From Eledone cirrhosa (taxonomy: Eukaryota), in contig OZ024741.1 of NCBI GenBank assembly GCA_964016885.1, positions 55,490,001-55,554,000 on the forward strand: DNA of 64,000 nt. Direction: 5' to 3'. The notes under the pieces were generated by a model, which saw nothing but the letters and a program-made list of their open reading frames with translations, was not told where the DNA came from and did no database searches. Below are positions 16,315 to 29,589 of the stretch, in pieces. Position numbers and translations under genes: made by a program. Each line of letters opens with the position of its first letter. Positions within the stretch are counted from its first letter, which is position 1.

Positions 16315-16575
16315 TACACATATATATAAACATATGTATAAGATATATCTATACATAATAAACATATAAAAATGTATATATGCGTATATATATATATGTG
16401 TGCGTGTGTATGTATGTATATATGTATATACACATATATATATATATATATGTGTGTGTGTATCTATGTATGTATGTACATATACAAATATATATACATA
16501 CACACACACTTATATATGTGTGTGTGTATGTGTGTGTGTGTGCGTGTATGTAAAAGGTAATCAGATAGATAGATT

Positions 16576-16644
<69 letters not shown>

Positions 16645-17194
16645 ATTCGTTTCCTAAATACTTAGTGATGTAATGGGATAAAGGGAAACGGAGAACATCC
16701 CATGCCGCCATTGTGCGTTCGTTGTTGTTCTTTTTTTTTCTTAGAGGAAAGGTGTGTTTGTTATATAATTCTGCCTGCTTGTCTCTTTCGTTCTCCCTTC
16801 TTCTCTCAGACCCTCTCCTCCCTTCTCCGTCTCTATCTCTCTCTCTCTCTCTCTAGCTCTATTTCGGTAGTTTTCCACCCTCATTCTCACTCTCGTTCTT
16901 TCCTGTTAAGTATCCTTTCAACAGATTCTTCAAACTCGAACGAAATATGGCAGAGTTGAGAGAAAAAAACCAATGCAACCGACGACAGCGAATATGATTG
17001 CTTTATCGATTCAGCTTTGGTCACTTCTATGTGAAACATCCATTCACTATATTTCTATCTCTTTTTCTTTCTCTATACTTCATTTAATCATTCTAGTTTC
17101 ATCTAGTGAGATGTGATAAATGCCAACTTCGATAAGCATTTCTGGGATTACATATCCGGAATACAATATGTGTTTGGGTGTATATGAATATATG

Positions 17195-17368
<174 letters not shown>

Positions 17369-17610
17369 TAGAATCCTCGTTCTTTATCATTATAATATAT
17401 ATATATATATATATATCTTAAGGTTTGTTGGTTCACCACTGGATAGAACTGGTCATTCCGTATGGTCAATCCTGGTGTAATATTGTGAAGAGTACTCAAC
17501 GCAGTGCAGTTCACCCATCTTCGTTTGTGTAGTTGGTGGTGCGAATACGGAGTTAATTATAAATGAAATAACAGGAGGCTGGACTAGTGTAAATCCTTGA
17601 AAGGTTTATT

Positions 17611-17668
17611 ATACTATGATCATTTCAATGACCGGGTTCCATATGAATCAGGTGATATCATCAGGTAT
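17611..17668 (-). ncRNA. Minimal type-I hammerhead ribozyme, family 1
   Basis: Reverse complement of the 17694-17751 motif. Confidence 0.72.
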
Positions 17669-17693
17669 TGGAATATAACAAAGGAATATTCCA

Positions 17694-17751
17694 ATACCTG
17701 ATGATATCACCGGATTCATACGGAACCCGGTCATTGAAATGATCATAGTAT
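17694..17751 (+). ncRNA. Minimal type-I hammerhead ribozyme, family 1
   Basis: atac-CTGATGA-(accgg..ccggt stem II)-GAA-ATGATCAT (palindromic stem III)-A-gtat; AUA cleavage triplet. Confidence 0.75.
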
Positions 17752-17800
17752 AATAAACCTTTCAAGGATTTACACCAGTCCAGCCTCCTGTTATTTCATT

Positions 17801-17934
<134 letters not shown>

Positions 17935-18138
17935 AACGTAAAGCACACTCACTGTTTGGTTGGGGTTGGGTTTCGCTTTAGTATATTTTATATTTCTATA
18001 ATTAATTCGGCTGGCAATCAATGTTTATCATTGATTGACCAACAGTTAAAAATATAGATATAAAAATATTTTCTGAGAATTCTTTCGTCACACACCTGTG
18101 ACATCATATCCTCATATATATATATGTTTGTGTGTGTG

Positions 18139-18317
<179 letters not shown>

Positions 18318-18356
18318 ACACAATCACACACACACATATATACACTAATTTTGATT

Positions 18357-18393
<37 letters not shown>

Positions 18394-18563
18394 CTAATCT
18401 GGCCGAGTTTACACTCGCAAATAAGAAGAATAAGGGCCGCACTTTAGGAGCATTAGATTTGGTGTACTTCGGTTGCTGAATACAATCAGGAGTCACTGCT
18501 TCTCCTGAAGGTCAATAGTTCTCTTCTAACTCGAGCAGTAGCGCCTTTCCCCTGTCAATTTGC

Positions 18564-18609
<46 letters not shown>

Positions 18610-19111
18610 GTAATAATAAGGGTTGACGGAACTAGTATATTTATCAATGCCATAACCGGTTGTATCTCAGCGACATGGGCAATGTAAGATACATTACCAG
18701 AGTATACACATAGTTATTTGCTACAACACAACACACGTAAAACGGGTGCCTATAAGTTCCCGGACTCGAGTTTCTGCCGCACTAATGCAGCAGTAAGGTG
18801 CACTTCACCATCTGTTTGCATATATTATGCAACAATGCACAATCGGCTTATATATGTATGTATATATAGAGAGAGAGAAAGAGATAGAGAGAGAGTTAAT
18901 TCCACAATAATTACCATACCATGCTTCCGTTTATACTATAACCATACACGAGTTAAAATTCCTTTTGATGTGAAACACGTGTTCTCGGGTATGGGATGGT
19001 AATTGGTGTTGAATTAACTCTATATCCAGCTTGTCATTTCGACCGAGTGGTCTACCAACATCCTAAATTTTTACCACTATATTTGTATATATAAATATAT
19101 ATGTGTCTGTG

Positions 19112-19176
<65 letters not shown>

Positions 19177-19283
19177 GGAGTGAGTGAGAGAGAGAGAGTT
19201 TCGACTGTTTGTCTCAAGGTCATCAGAGTGTCAGGGTCTCAGACGTCAACCACATACGGATATATATATATATATATATATTT

Positions 19284-21175
19284 CTTTAGGTTTGTTGGTT
19301 CACCACTGGATAGAAATGGACATTCCGTATGGTCAATCCTGGTGTAATATTGTGAAGAGTACTCAACGCAGTGCAGTTCACCCATCTTCGTTTGTGTAGT
19401 TGGTGGTGCGAATACGGAGTTAATTATAAATGAAATAACAGGAGGCTGGACTAGTGTAAATCCTTGAAAGGTTTATTATACTATGATCATTTCAATGACC
19501 GGGTTCCATATGGATCTGTTGATATCATCAGGTATTGGAATATAACAAAGGAATGGGTCCGAAAAACCATGGGTCCGAGAAACCAAAGACAGAGAGGACG
19601 GCTGACCAACTAGCTTCGCAGCCAGCCGCCCTCAAAGTGTTGGCAACTGAAAACTACCAGTGAATATCTGGTGAGGGGGCGAAGGCTTATAATGTAGTAC
19701 CACCACTTCGTCAAAGAAGCGGAAAAAAGAATGAAAGGGAGAAATAAGTGTAGTGTAAGGGTCAAACTACATTCATGTTAGAAAATGCCGCGAAAAAAAA
19801 TGCTACCCAAAGAATCTATAATGTGTGTCTGTATGGTCTAATGTGTGAACCGAAGATTGGAACGTTAAACTTATGTTGCGAGTTATAGGATGAAATTAAA
19901 TTAAATTAAAAATATTAAATTGCAAAATGGTAAATTGAAAAATAGAGGTAGCGAGATTTATTTATTTAATGAACTTACGGAGAGAATCTTATATGAAAAT
20001 AATGTTTAACTCGATAAGATATTAGGATGGGATATAGAGTAAAGATTTCGATTGGGAGACCCAGCCAGCACACCCACTACCATGAGTCAGCCAGTCTCGA
20101 GTGGTATCGTCCAGCGAAAGAAATGGAAATTAATTTTTCCGAGTACTCTAGGAACGTAGCTAACTTTGGCCCCGGGATCGCTAGCGGGAACTCCACAATT
20201 TCGACAGGCCATCGTCTATACCACGAATACAATTAAATCACACATTAGGGGTTTATTTACGTGTCAGTAGAGGCATGCTACAGCTAATAGTTATGCCCAA
20301 ACCTAGAGTTTGTAGGTACATGTATAATGTGGCGGCCAAAACAGGCGGCGCGGTGGGACCGGGGCAAAGCAAGTCGCTCCTCCGAGTAATTTCATTTACC
20401 GAAAGAGGAGAAATTTATTTTTCCGAGCACTCAAGGAAGGCTGAACTTTCCGAGTGCCCAGCGCGCAGCCGGGGAAAAGCCACCACACAAGTCGAAGGTA
20501 TCAACCCAATGAAAAGTGCAAATAGACCAAAATTATTTTAAAGTCCCAGTTAGTCCGGGATATAGGTAGTGTGGTTCTTAGGTGGGTAGGGGGCTATGAA
20601 AGGTGCATAATGACCTGAGTAAGGAAAGTTACAAAAAAATACGAAAAAATAATAAAAGCAGCATACAAACATAAAATACCAATATAAAGATAGAATACAT
20701 TGATAAAAATACATTAATAAAATAATAAAAAATAATAAAATATACATTAATGAAATAATAAAATAATTAATAAAGGTAAATAAGAATCAATATAGATCAA
20801 GTTGTAGTAAGATAATACAAGTTGTACATATAGATATAGATATAGAGGATGGAGGAGATGGAATGGTAACAGGTTGTACCTAGTGTAAAGTTCGGGTCTC
20901 CGAATTCAGTGTGAGTCACAAAAAGTTCTGAGGTATAGAGTCAAGAATTCAGTCAATACATGTTTTAGTATAATACGTAGAGTTTTGCCAGAATCGGAAT
21001 CATCCCGACAAGGAAGTAGTATCAGGTGGCGGTAGATAAGGCGCAGAGCAGCCAAAATCCGAATGGTAAGTAGATCAGTTAATCCCATGCTGGCAATAGG
21101 TGTACACTGAAGTCAGTGCCGCTGTTCAATATTACATTTTGAAGTGCTCAACATTATAGGAGCATTTCATTTATA
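19284..21175 (-). mobile_element. 1.9-kb non-coding member of HHR family 1
   Basis: First 270 bp nearly identical to 17417-17685; no convincing ORF; right end ATTTCATTTATA matches the short-arm end at 17793-17803. Confidence 0.65.
19478..19535 (-). ncRNA. Minimal type-I hammerhead ribozyme, family 1
   Basis: Same core and stems I and III as 17611-17668. Confidence 0.72.
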
Positions 21176-21219
21176 TATATATACAGATAGATAAATAGAG
21201 AAAGGGAGAGAGAGAGAGA

Positions 21220-21490
21220 TTCCTTCGCCAACTTATTCCTGAGAGTCCTCAAATACTCCTTTCGGTGAGTCTTGTCAGAAGCAACCGTCTCCAACTGATC
21301 TGGCTAGATCCTGAAGCGAGACCAGCCAAACTCATGGATGTTATCCAACCATCTTGCTCGGGGACTACCCCTGGTTCTCCTGTCAGCTGGTCTTCCCGTA
21401 AAATCTGTCCAGCGATTCTTTCCTGAGCCTTTCTAACCACATGCCCATAGTAACAAAGCTGTGATCTCTCAATTCTGCGAAGTAACGGCT
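21220..21490 (-). mobile_element. RTE-like LINE 3' fragment
   Basis: Decayed L.Y.GHVVR..ERIA.QIL and RW.DNI C-terminal motifs. Confidence 0.55.
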
Positions 21491-21665
21491 CTACCTGCGT
21501 ACATATCTACCTATCAACTAGGTAGATATGGCTGTACGTCTGCATGCATGTATGTGTGCGCAGGTATGGAAGTTGTTGTATGTCTGCATGTATGGCTGTG
21601 TATGTTTTGAGTTATATGTGTGCAAGTGTATATGCTTTGTATCTGTACATGTGTATATGCAGTTA

Positions 21666-23050
21666 TTAGATGCAGAAGTTTGGGAATGTTTTACATATTT
21701 TTACTGTTCCATTAAAGGATTGTACTTGTAATTTCCTAACTAGTTGTGTCCTTTCTCTTTCTGTGAATCCCAGCTTTTCAAGATTTGTATTGAGGCAGTT
21801 ACTAACATATCCCAGTGTCCCAATAATCACAGGCATAAATCTGAAGGTATAGTCAGGGTGGAGTATCTGCAGATTTCTCATTAGTTCTGCAAGATATTCT
21901 CCTTCTCGCTAATCTTTAATATTATATTGGCATCTGCTGAGCAGCTAACTCCCACAACAGTGCATGCCTTCTTTTCCCTCTCCCATATCATTATGTCTGC
22001 TCTGTTATGCCTGAATCTTATCGGGGTTTTGAATGGAACATTCCGCCAGTACTCTTTCATATTATGTATATGTATGTCTTCCACATTGCTATAGCTTTTA
22101 ATGTGTTTATTCTATCTTTTCTACAGATTGCATTGGCCACTACATCATGCCTCATAGGTAGATAGTACCGAGACATCTTTGCTTATAACATAGGTGACAT
22201 CTTTAATGTTAACTCAGCAGAGTCTTCACTTGTCACATTTAGGTGTTGCCTGCACCCCTATCTCTTTTGTGAATCAGGTATTTTGTGATGATTTCCTGTT
22301 CTTGGATTGCAAAAGCATATCCTTCAAAGTGGGAGCCAATATAGCGGTTGTTGGTCCAAGATAGACTACTTTGCTTATCTATATTACTTTCACTCTGGAG
22401 TTTCCTGGCAACATATCCATGCATGAATTTTTGCTGATAATCATGCAGTTTTTCATCCATGGATTCACTGCGGTATTGCTGGGCAATTTCCCTGGGTGTG
22501 AGATTTTGATTATCATGCAGAAAGGATCTTTCAAGGGATATGATGAAACACTCAAATGCTGTCTGGGCCGATGTTAGGCCTCTGCCTTCCTGCTTACGTT
22601 TCAAGTAAAGGCGGTCTATGTCACTGTTGATGTGGAAGTTTCCAGTGTTGTTTAATATTTTTCGAATTTTAGCATCAATTGCTCGGATTTCGTCTATCGA
22701 CCAATCGAGTATTCCAAACGTTGGTGTTAGGACAGGCACAACAAACACATTTTGAGCCACTATGTTATTGTGCTCAGAGAGTTCTGATGACCTTATCTTT
22801 CTTAATCGGGTGTAGTATTCCCTGGTTACGCGTTCCTTATTACAAATACCATTATAGGATATATTCTCATCTATCTCCAGGTATATGTAGCAGTCCTTGT
22901 CAGATACTGGTGAAACAGTTAGGCCATTGATACAAATGTTGCTAGATTGGGTTGTAATTTTTCCCAGCTTTACAATCATATATGAATATTTATCTTGGTC
23001 AAACTCCATTCCTACATCCTTTTAGAACGTTGTAATCAGGTCAAGATTTT
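21666..23050 (-). mobile_element. R4/Dong-like LINE (restriction-enzyme-like endonuclease) 3' half, decayed
   Basis: PVLTPTFGIL.W, DRLYL.R..GRGL, AIQEQEI.T, HNR.DI.IW (REL domain) and PVIIG.LG motifs; flanked by (TATG)n-like tracts. Confidence 0.85.
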
Positions 23051-23429
23051 TATGTATGTATGCATGCATGTATGCATGCATGTATGCATGCATGTATGTA
23101 TGTGCTTTGAATGTGCATTTGCTTCGGTTTCATTGTTTATATTGTTCATTTGTATGTGACGTGCGTGTGTTTGTGGGACTTATGAGTGTTGTAATATGTT
23201 GTTTGTATGTGCCCGTGTATGAGTGTTTATATGTGTGTGTTTACGTAAACGATTCCCAGAAAAAATGAAAACAACTTAAAATTCTATGTAACATTGGTAA
23301 TAATAGTAGTTAATTCTTCTACCTTTTCCTCTAGTAGTTGTTTAAGGATTTCTTCATTTATGGTCTTGTCTGATTATTCAATTTTAGGTGGAATTTTCAA
23401 TGATTTGGATAGTATTTGATAGTCATGAG

Positions 23430-25260
23430 AAACCGAAAATAATCAATCTCTCACAAGAATCGCTAACACCCATACAAATCGACGTTCTATGAAAAGGACT
23501 AAACTTTACACCCACTCCTCAAAAAACAAATATACCAGAAATTAAAGATGACATTTAGGACTTCTGCAAAAGATTCAGACTAGTGGAGCAATTTTTCTTA
23601 AAAGAAGACAATTAATTAGAAACAAAAAGCAATATTAACTCCAAAAGACAGGAATGCAGCCCTTAATAACTGTTGTGATTATATCTCTAATATCCCAGTT
23701 GATAAACTGGAAAAACCACGAAGTCCAAATTTACCAGACAACAATGGAAGAATTTAAACGATCTGAAATATGACGAGAACATTATCATAAAAGAAATCGA
23801 CAAAGGAGGCACTGTTGTTATTATGGACCCTAAATATTACACCAACATGGTATAAAGTATGTTATAGGACAATACATACTATAAAGAAACCAAAGACTAC
23901 AACGGAGGCACTGTTGTTATTATGGACCCTAAATATTACACCAACATGGTATAAAGTATGTTACAGGACAATAACATACTATGTAGAAACCAAAGACTAC
24001 AACGGAGGCACTGTTGTTATTATGAACCCTAAATATTACACCAACATGGTATAAAGTATGTTACAGGACAATAACATACTATGAAGAAACCAAAGTCTAC
24101 AACGGAGGCACTGTTGTTATTATGGACCCTAAATATTACACCAACATGGTATAAAGTATGTTACAGGACAATAACATACTATAAAGAAACCAAAGTCTAC
24201 AACGGAGGCACTGTTGTTATTATGGACCCTAAATATTACACCAACATGGTATAAAGTATGTTACAGGACAATAACATACTATGAGAAAACCAAAGACTAC
24301 AACGGAGGCACTGTTGTTATTATGGACCCTAAATATTACACCAACATGGTATAAAGTATGTTACAGGACAATACATACTATAAAGAAACCAAAGACTACA
24401 ACGGAGGCACTGTTGTTATTATGAACCCTAAATATTACACCAACATGGTATAAAGTATGTTACAGGACAATAACATACTATGAAGAAACCAAAGTCTACA
24501 ACGGAGGCACTGTTGTTATTATGGACCCTAAATATTACACCAACATAGTATAAAGTATGTTACAGGACAATAACATACTATGTAGAAACCAAAGACTACA
24601 ACGGAGGCACTGTTGTTATTATGGACCCTAAATATTACACCAACGTGGTATAAAGTATGTTACAGGACAATAACATACTATGAAGAAACCAAAGACTTCA
24701 ACGGAGGCACTGTTGTTATTATGGACCCTAAATATTACACCAACATGGTATAAAGTATGTTACAGGACAATAACATACTATGAGAAAACCAAAGACTTCA
24801 ACGGAGGCACTGTTGTTATTATGGACCCCAAATATTACACCAACATGGTATAAAGTATGTTACAGGACAATAACATACTATGAGAAAACCAAAGACTTCA
24901 ACGGAGGCACTGTTGTTATTATGGACCCTAAATATTACACCAACATGGTATAAAGTATGTTACAGGACAATAACATACTATGAAGAAACCAAAGACTACA
25001 ACGGAGGCACTGTTGTTATTATGGACCCTAAATATTACACCAACATGCTATAAAGTATGTTACAGGACAATAACATTCCAGGAAGAAACCAAAAACTACA
25101 AACTCCATAAAGTGATGAAACAACTCACTGATTTACTACTTCCAAACCAAAACTGCACAACTGCTAAAGAATTAATAAAGAATCACTAATTTTAGATGTA
25201 AAAAGAGTAATTTCTATGGTTTGCCGAAAGTACATAAACATAAATTAATTAATGAGTAGG
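23430..25260 (+). mobile_element. Penelope-like element 5' ORF relic
   Basis: KGLNFTPTP (about 23495), IIIKE.DKGGTVVIMD (about 23780) and FYGLPKVHK (about 25212) are PLE pre-RT motifs. Confidence 0.8.
23803..25100 (+). repeat. Tandem repeat, 100-bp unit, about 13 copies
   Basis: ACGGAGGCACTGTTGTTATTATGGACCC recurs every 100 bp (23902, 24002 ... 25001), with few substitutions. Confidence 0.97.
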
Positions 25261-25746
25261 GTAACTTTTTGCTGAAAGGTCTAAAAGTCTATGAAAGTTT
25301 TAAATGACCTAGAAATAGCAGAAAAACAACTTATTTTAATCAAAAATAGCAAATTAAACATTTGCTTAGGTCTAAAAAGTTTAAAATTTATTATAAAGTC
25401 AAAATCAAGTCTAAAAGTTTTTAAATATAAAATATTTAATAAATCTCATTTATAATATTGATTGTTGTCAAAACTTTGCTTTCAAAGAAAATATCTGAAA
25501 TCTTAGGGAAAGAAAACAAATTTAAAAAAAAAACAATAAAGAAATAAGGCAATTAACAAAAGCAGTTGGTCAAACAATTCCCTAAGGAATTAATAGAGAT
25601 CAAAAGAAAAGAAACTGGTGAAAACTAGTCAGTGGTGATAGAGTAACTAAATTTAGGGAACTTTGGTTGGCAGAATCTACACGCAATAAAACCAAGCAAT
25701 GGTAATATTTATATATATATATGTGTGTGTATTATATATATATATA

Positions 25747-25777
<31 letters not shown>

Positions 25778-25945
25778 GTATGTATATATAAGCAAGATGT
25801 ATGATAGGTCGTATGTGAATCGCGATGATCACGCCTGACCAACAAAATATGCGACGGTAGCTAGTTAAGCTCTATGCGTATAAGCAGAGCAGAAATATTA
25901 ATGAAAAAGAACAAAGGAACTATTATGACATTACAACAAGTTTAT

Positions 25946-25992
25946 TGCCGACAGCCGTTTCGTCCGACCATATGGTGGGACTTTTCAAGGCA
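25946..25992 (-). ncRNA. Minimal type-I hammerhead ribozyme, family 2 (U3-A8 core)
   Basis: Reverse complement of 27285-27331. Confidence 0.85.
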
Positions 25993-27284
25993 TGTAACAT
26001 GTGATTGTAAGTTCATTATTTACATCAACGTTTCACTCAAGATTAGCAGTTTGAAATTGTGGTATACATCAGCAGCTCCGCTTGTATATTTGGGATCTAT
26101 ATTCTAAGGGGGCTCTTTTATATTAGTTGTCGGAGTTGTAAAAGGGATGGGTTATGGGGAGTTAAGACAATTCGAAGAGGGCCTAAGAGTCAGGGATTGA
26201 AGGTTAAAAGTTAGATAATTTATAATTTACGCATTAAAAGTAAAGGACTTGAGACCTCGTAGAAGCACCTTAAAAAATCCCTCAAAAAGTGCATAAAGCT
26301 TATAAGCCCCAATAAACCTAACAAACCAGAAGAGATTAAGAGACTAAAAAAATAAAATAAAAAAATAAAAAAATAAAAATATAAAGTTTCCTAAAAAAAT
26401 ATAAAGTTTCCTAATAAATTCCTTCGAGGGCAAAAAAATTTTTTCGAAAGAAAAAAATTTTCTTCCCCAGACATCACGTTAAAAAGTTTCAGAAAATTTA
26501 CGAAGTTTTGATAATCCCTACTAAGTTGAAAGAAACTAATCAATTAAAGGTTAATTCAAAAAGCCTTCAAAAAATCTCTCAGAGAGCCTTTAAGGATATA
26601 AATATCCTTAAAGGCTCTCTAAAATTTTAATTCTTCGAAGGGTCTCTCGGAAGAGGTTCTTATTAAAAATATTAAAGGGGCCTTTTCTGAGGGATTTTTT
26701 GAAGGCTTTTTGAATTAACCTTTAATTGATTAGTTTCTTTCAACTTACTAGGGATTATCAAAACTTCGTAAATTTTCTGAAATTTTTTAACGTGATCTCT
26801 GGGGAAGAAAATTATTTCTTTCGAAAAAAATTTTTTTCACTCGAAGGAATTTTTTAGGAAACTTTATTTTTTTAGGAAACTTTATATTTTTATTTTTTTA
26901 TTTTATTTTTTTTTTTTTTTTTTTTTTTTTTAGTCTCTTCTAGTTTGTTAGGTTTATTGGGGCTTATAAGCTTTATGCACTTATTGAGGGATTTTTTAAG
27001 GTGCTTCTACGAGGTCTCAAGTCCTTTACTTTTAATGCGTAAATTATAAATTATCTCATTTTTAACCTTCAATCCCCTACTCTTAGGCCCTCTTCAAATT
27101 CTCTTAACTCCCCATACAATTCTCTTAACTCCCTTTTACAACTCCGACAACTAATATAAAAGAGCCCCTTTAGAATATAGACCCCAAATATACAAGCGGA
27201 GCCGCTGATGTATGCCACAATTTCAAACTGCTAATCTTGAGTGAAACGTTGATGTAAATAATGAACTTACAATCACATGTTATA

Positions 27285-27331
27285 TGCCTTGAAAAGTCCC
27301 ACCATATGGTCGGACGAAACGGCTGTCGGCA
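27285..27331 (+). ncRNA. Minimal type-I hammerhead ribozyme, family 2 (U3-A8 core)
   Basis: tgcc-TTGAAAA-GTCC(caccatatggtc)GGAC-GAA-ACGGCTGT-C-ggca; GUC triplet. Confidence 0.85.
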
Positions 27332-27375
27332 ATAAACTTGTTGTAATGTCATAATAGTTCCTTTGTTCTTTTTCA

Positions 27376-27414
<39 letters not shown>

Positions 27415-27421
<7 letters not shown>

Positions 27422-27507
27422 GGTCGCACCGCTCGGTCAGAGAATCGAACTCACAACCTCACGATTGGGAATCCAAAGCTGTAACCACTAATCCATATGC
27501 CTTCACT
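27415..27507 (-). mobile_element. tRNA-derived SINE head
   Basis: A box TGGATTAGTGG and B box GAGTTCGATTC; same family as 39789-40020. Confidence 0.75.
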
Positions 27508-27508
27508 A

Positions 27509-27597
<89 letters not shown>

Positions 27598-27625
27598 CAT
27601 ATATATACATATATATATAAATATA

Positions 27626-28079
27626 TGTAGTAAGACGCCTCACGCCCCCTGTCGGATAATAGAACAACCCATAGTTATCTCCCCCTGGTTGAGAACACGA
27701 GAGGTAAACAGACAGCCACTGAAAAGCAGACTGAGCACACGCCACAGAAAACAGCCTCTGTACCACGAAACGATAAACAGCCAAGGGAACAGCAAACAGC
27801 AAACCTCACAATACTTTTGTAATTGTAATTCACCACAACTGACCGCGTCTATATTTGGTATGTTTTATTTGTAATATAATAAACACATATAACCAAAATA
27901 AACATCACCATTATTTACAATAGTTGAATATAACTCTCGTTGTGGTTATTGTCTTGTTTACGCACACACCCCACTCACTTTGTTATAATTCTCACAAACA
28001 AAAATGGTAAATAGGCGAGGGACCTTCCCTCACGTCTATGTCAATAAACAATCTAACTAGGATACTTCATTTTACCACA
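27626..28079 (+). repeat. 5' LTR
   Basis: TGTAGTAA...TTACCACA termini. Confidence 0.95.
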
Positions 28080-28080
28080 C

Positions 28081-28093
28081 TGGTGACCGACGT
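28081..28093 (+). promoter_or_regulatory. Primer binding site, probably tRNA-Trp (2-nt deletion)
   Basis: TGGTGACCGACGT compared with the tRNA-Trp complement TGGTGACCCCGACGT. Confidence 0.7.
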
Positions 28094-28773
28094 AAGAATT
28101 TTACACAGCCTTTTTATTCATTCGACTAAATAATTTTACGCTGTCTTTTTGTTCAGTTGAACTTCACTGTTATTACCACGTTGTTAACCTTTAAGCAACT
28201 TACGAAAATACAAAAAGAAGACAGAGAAATAATAAAGTGTTTATACCGTATTGACAAGGTATACAAAACAGCCAAAAAAGTTTTTCCAAGATGGCGTTGC
28301 TTTCCTTCCCCGTTTTGTAATTTTCCGCCAGGACAGGGATATTTTGGAATTGCGTGTGTGTTCCATATTTGATCAAGGGAAAAAAACTTTTTTGTGAACA
28401 TTACTGCCCAGCAGGGGATATACGTGCCTTACTTTTTTCTAAGGGATTTTTAGCCACTGGCTACCTATTGTTGATATCCAACGTGGATATATTCTAAAAC
28501 AAACATTTTTTTTCTTCCCTTTTTCACGGGTTATTTGATTTGGCTGGCTCGTTGAAGCAACACAAGGGGACAGACGTTGAAGGAGAATTTTTTTTTTTTT
28601 TAAATATATATATGTATTTTATGTATTTTTCCTATTTCCTAATGTTTTGAATGTCTGTTTCTTTTTGACCTTTCATTTTTCTTCCATATTGGCTGTTTGC
28701 TTTTCCCTGTGCGAGGGTACATTAATTGCTGTTTATATATATATATTTTTTTTTTTATTTTAAACGTTTTACC

Positions 28774-29554
28774 ATGAATGCGCCACATTTGCCCGCCTTT
28801 ACCGGAAAACCTAAGCTGTGGTTTGCCCAGTTACAGGCGTATTTTACGGTCTTTAAGACCGAGTCTGACCAACGCCTTGCTGTCGTGATTAGCGGACTTC
28901 CCCCTAATCTAGCAGATTCGGTCCAAGATCTAATTATAGACCCCCCCCCCCCCATGACTTAACGTATGAGTCTTTGAAAGGCGAGATTTTGAGAAGGAAC
29001 TGTAAGTCGGTAGAGAGTCCTTTTCGGTCATTGATCGAGGACGAACGATTAGGTGACAGGACCCCTACCGCTTTTCTCCGGCATTTGCGGGATTTGAGCG
29101 ATTCCCAAGATCAGGATAGCCCTTTCCTGAGGCAATTGTTCTTCTCTCGCCTACCTCAAGAGGTACAGGCGATCCTAGCCCATATGCTAGAGGTAAATAC
29201 CCTCGACCACATTGCTGTCTCTGCTGACAAAATTGTAGAAGTGACGAAGAGAGACACTTCGAAGCCAAAGTACGTTGCTTCCTCTTCTCTTCCTCAATCA
29301 CGCTCATCAGCGAGTGATGAGAAATTAGTCACCACAATGGAAGCCATGACTCGTTAAATGGCGGAGTGTGCCAGGAATTCAGGTCTTTTGGACGGCAGAG
29401 GAGCCGCTCACGAACTTATTCAACTCCTCGCCACCGTAGCCCTTCCAAAACACCAAAACCACCATATTGTCATTACCATCATAAATATAGTGACAAAGCC
29501 GCCCGTTGTAGGCCTCCTTGTGCTTACATGGGAAACGACGACCAGAGTCACTAA
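28774..29554 (+). pseudogene. gag: gag, disrupted
   Basis: LPAF..KPKLWFAQLQAYF, LGDRTPTAFLRHLR and CHYHHKY..KAARCRPPC; stops and frameshifts. Confidence 0.85.
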
Positions 29555-29589
29555 CGGCGGATAGTGCGCTCTGTAAACATCATCCAACC

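Larger units (their letters stand above)
25790..27382. mobile_element. 1.6-kb asymmetric fold-back in (TA)n: tail 25790-25893, arms about 25894-26583 and 26688-27382
   Basis: Mirror ORFs 25874+ and 27170-; about 690-bp arms; central hairpin at 26581-26620. Confidence 0.9.

Noticed and set aside
23803-25100. CRISPR-like regular array
   Set aside because: The whole 100-bp unit repeats with no unique spacers, the unit is PLE coding sequence, and the context is eukaryotic.
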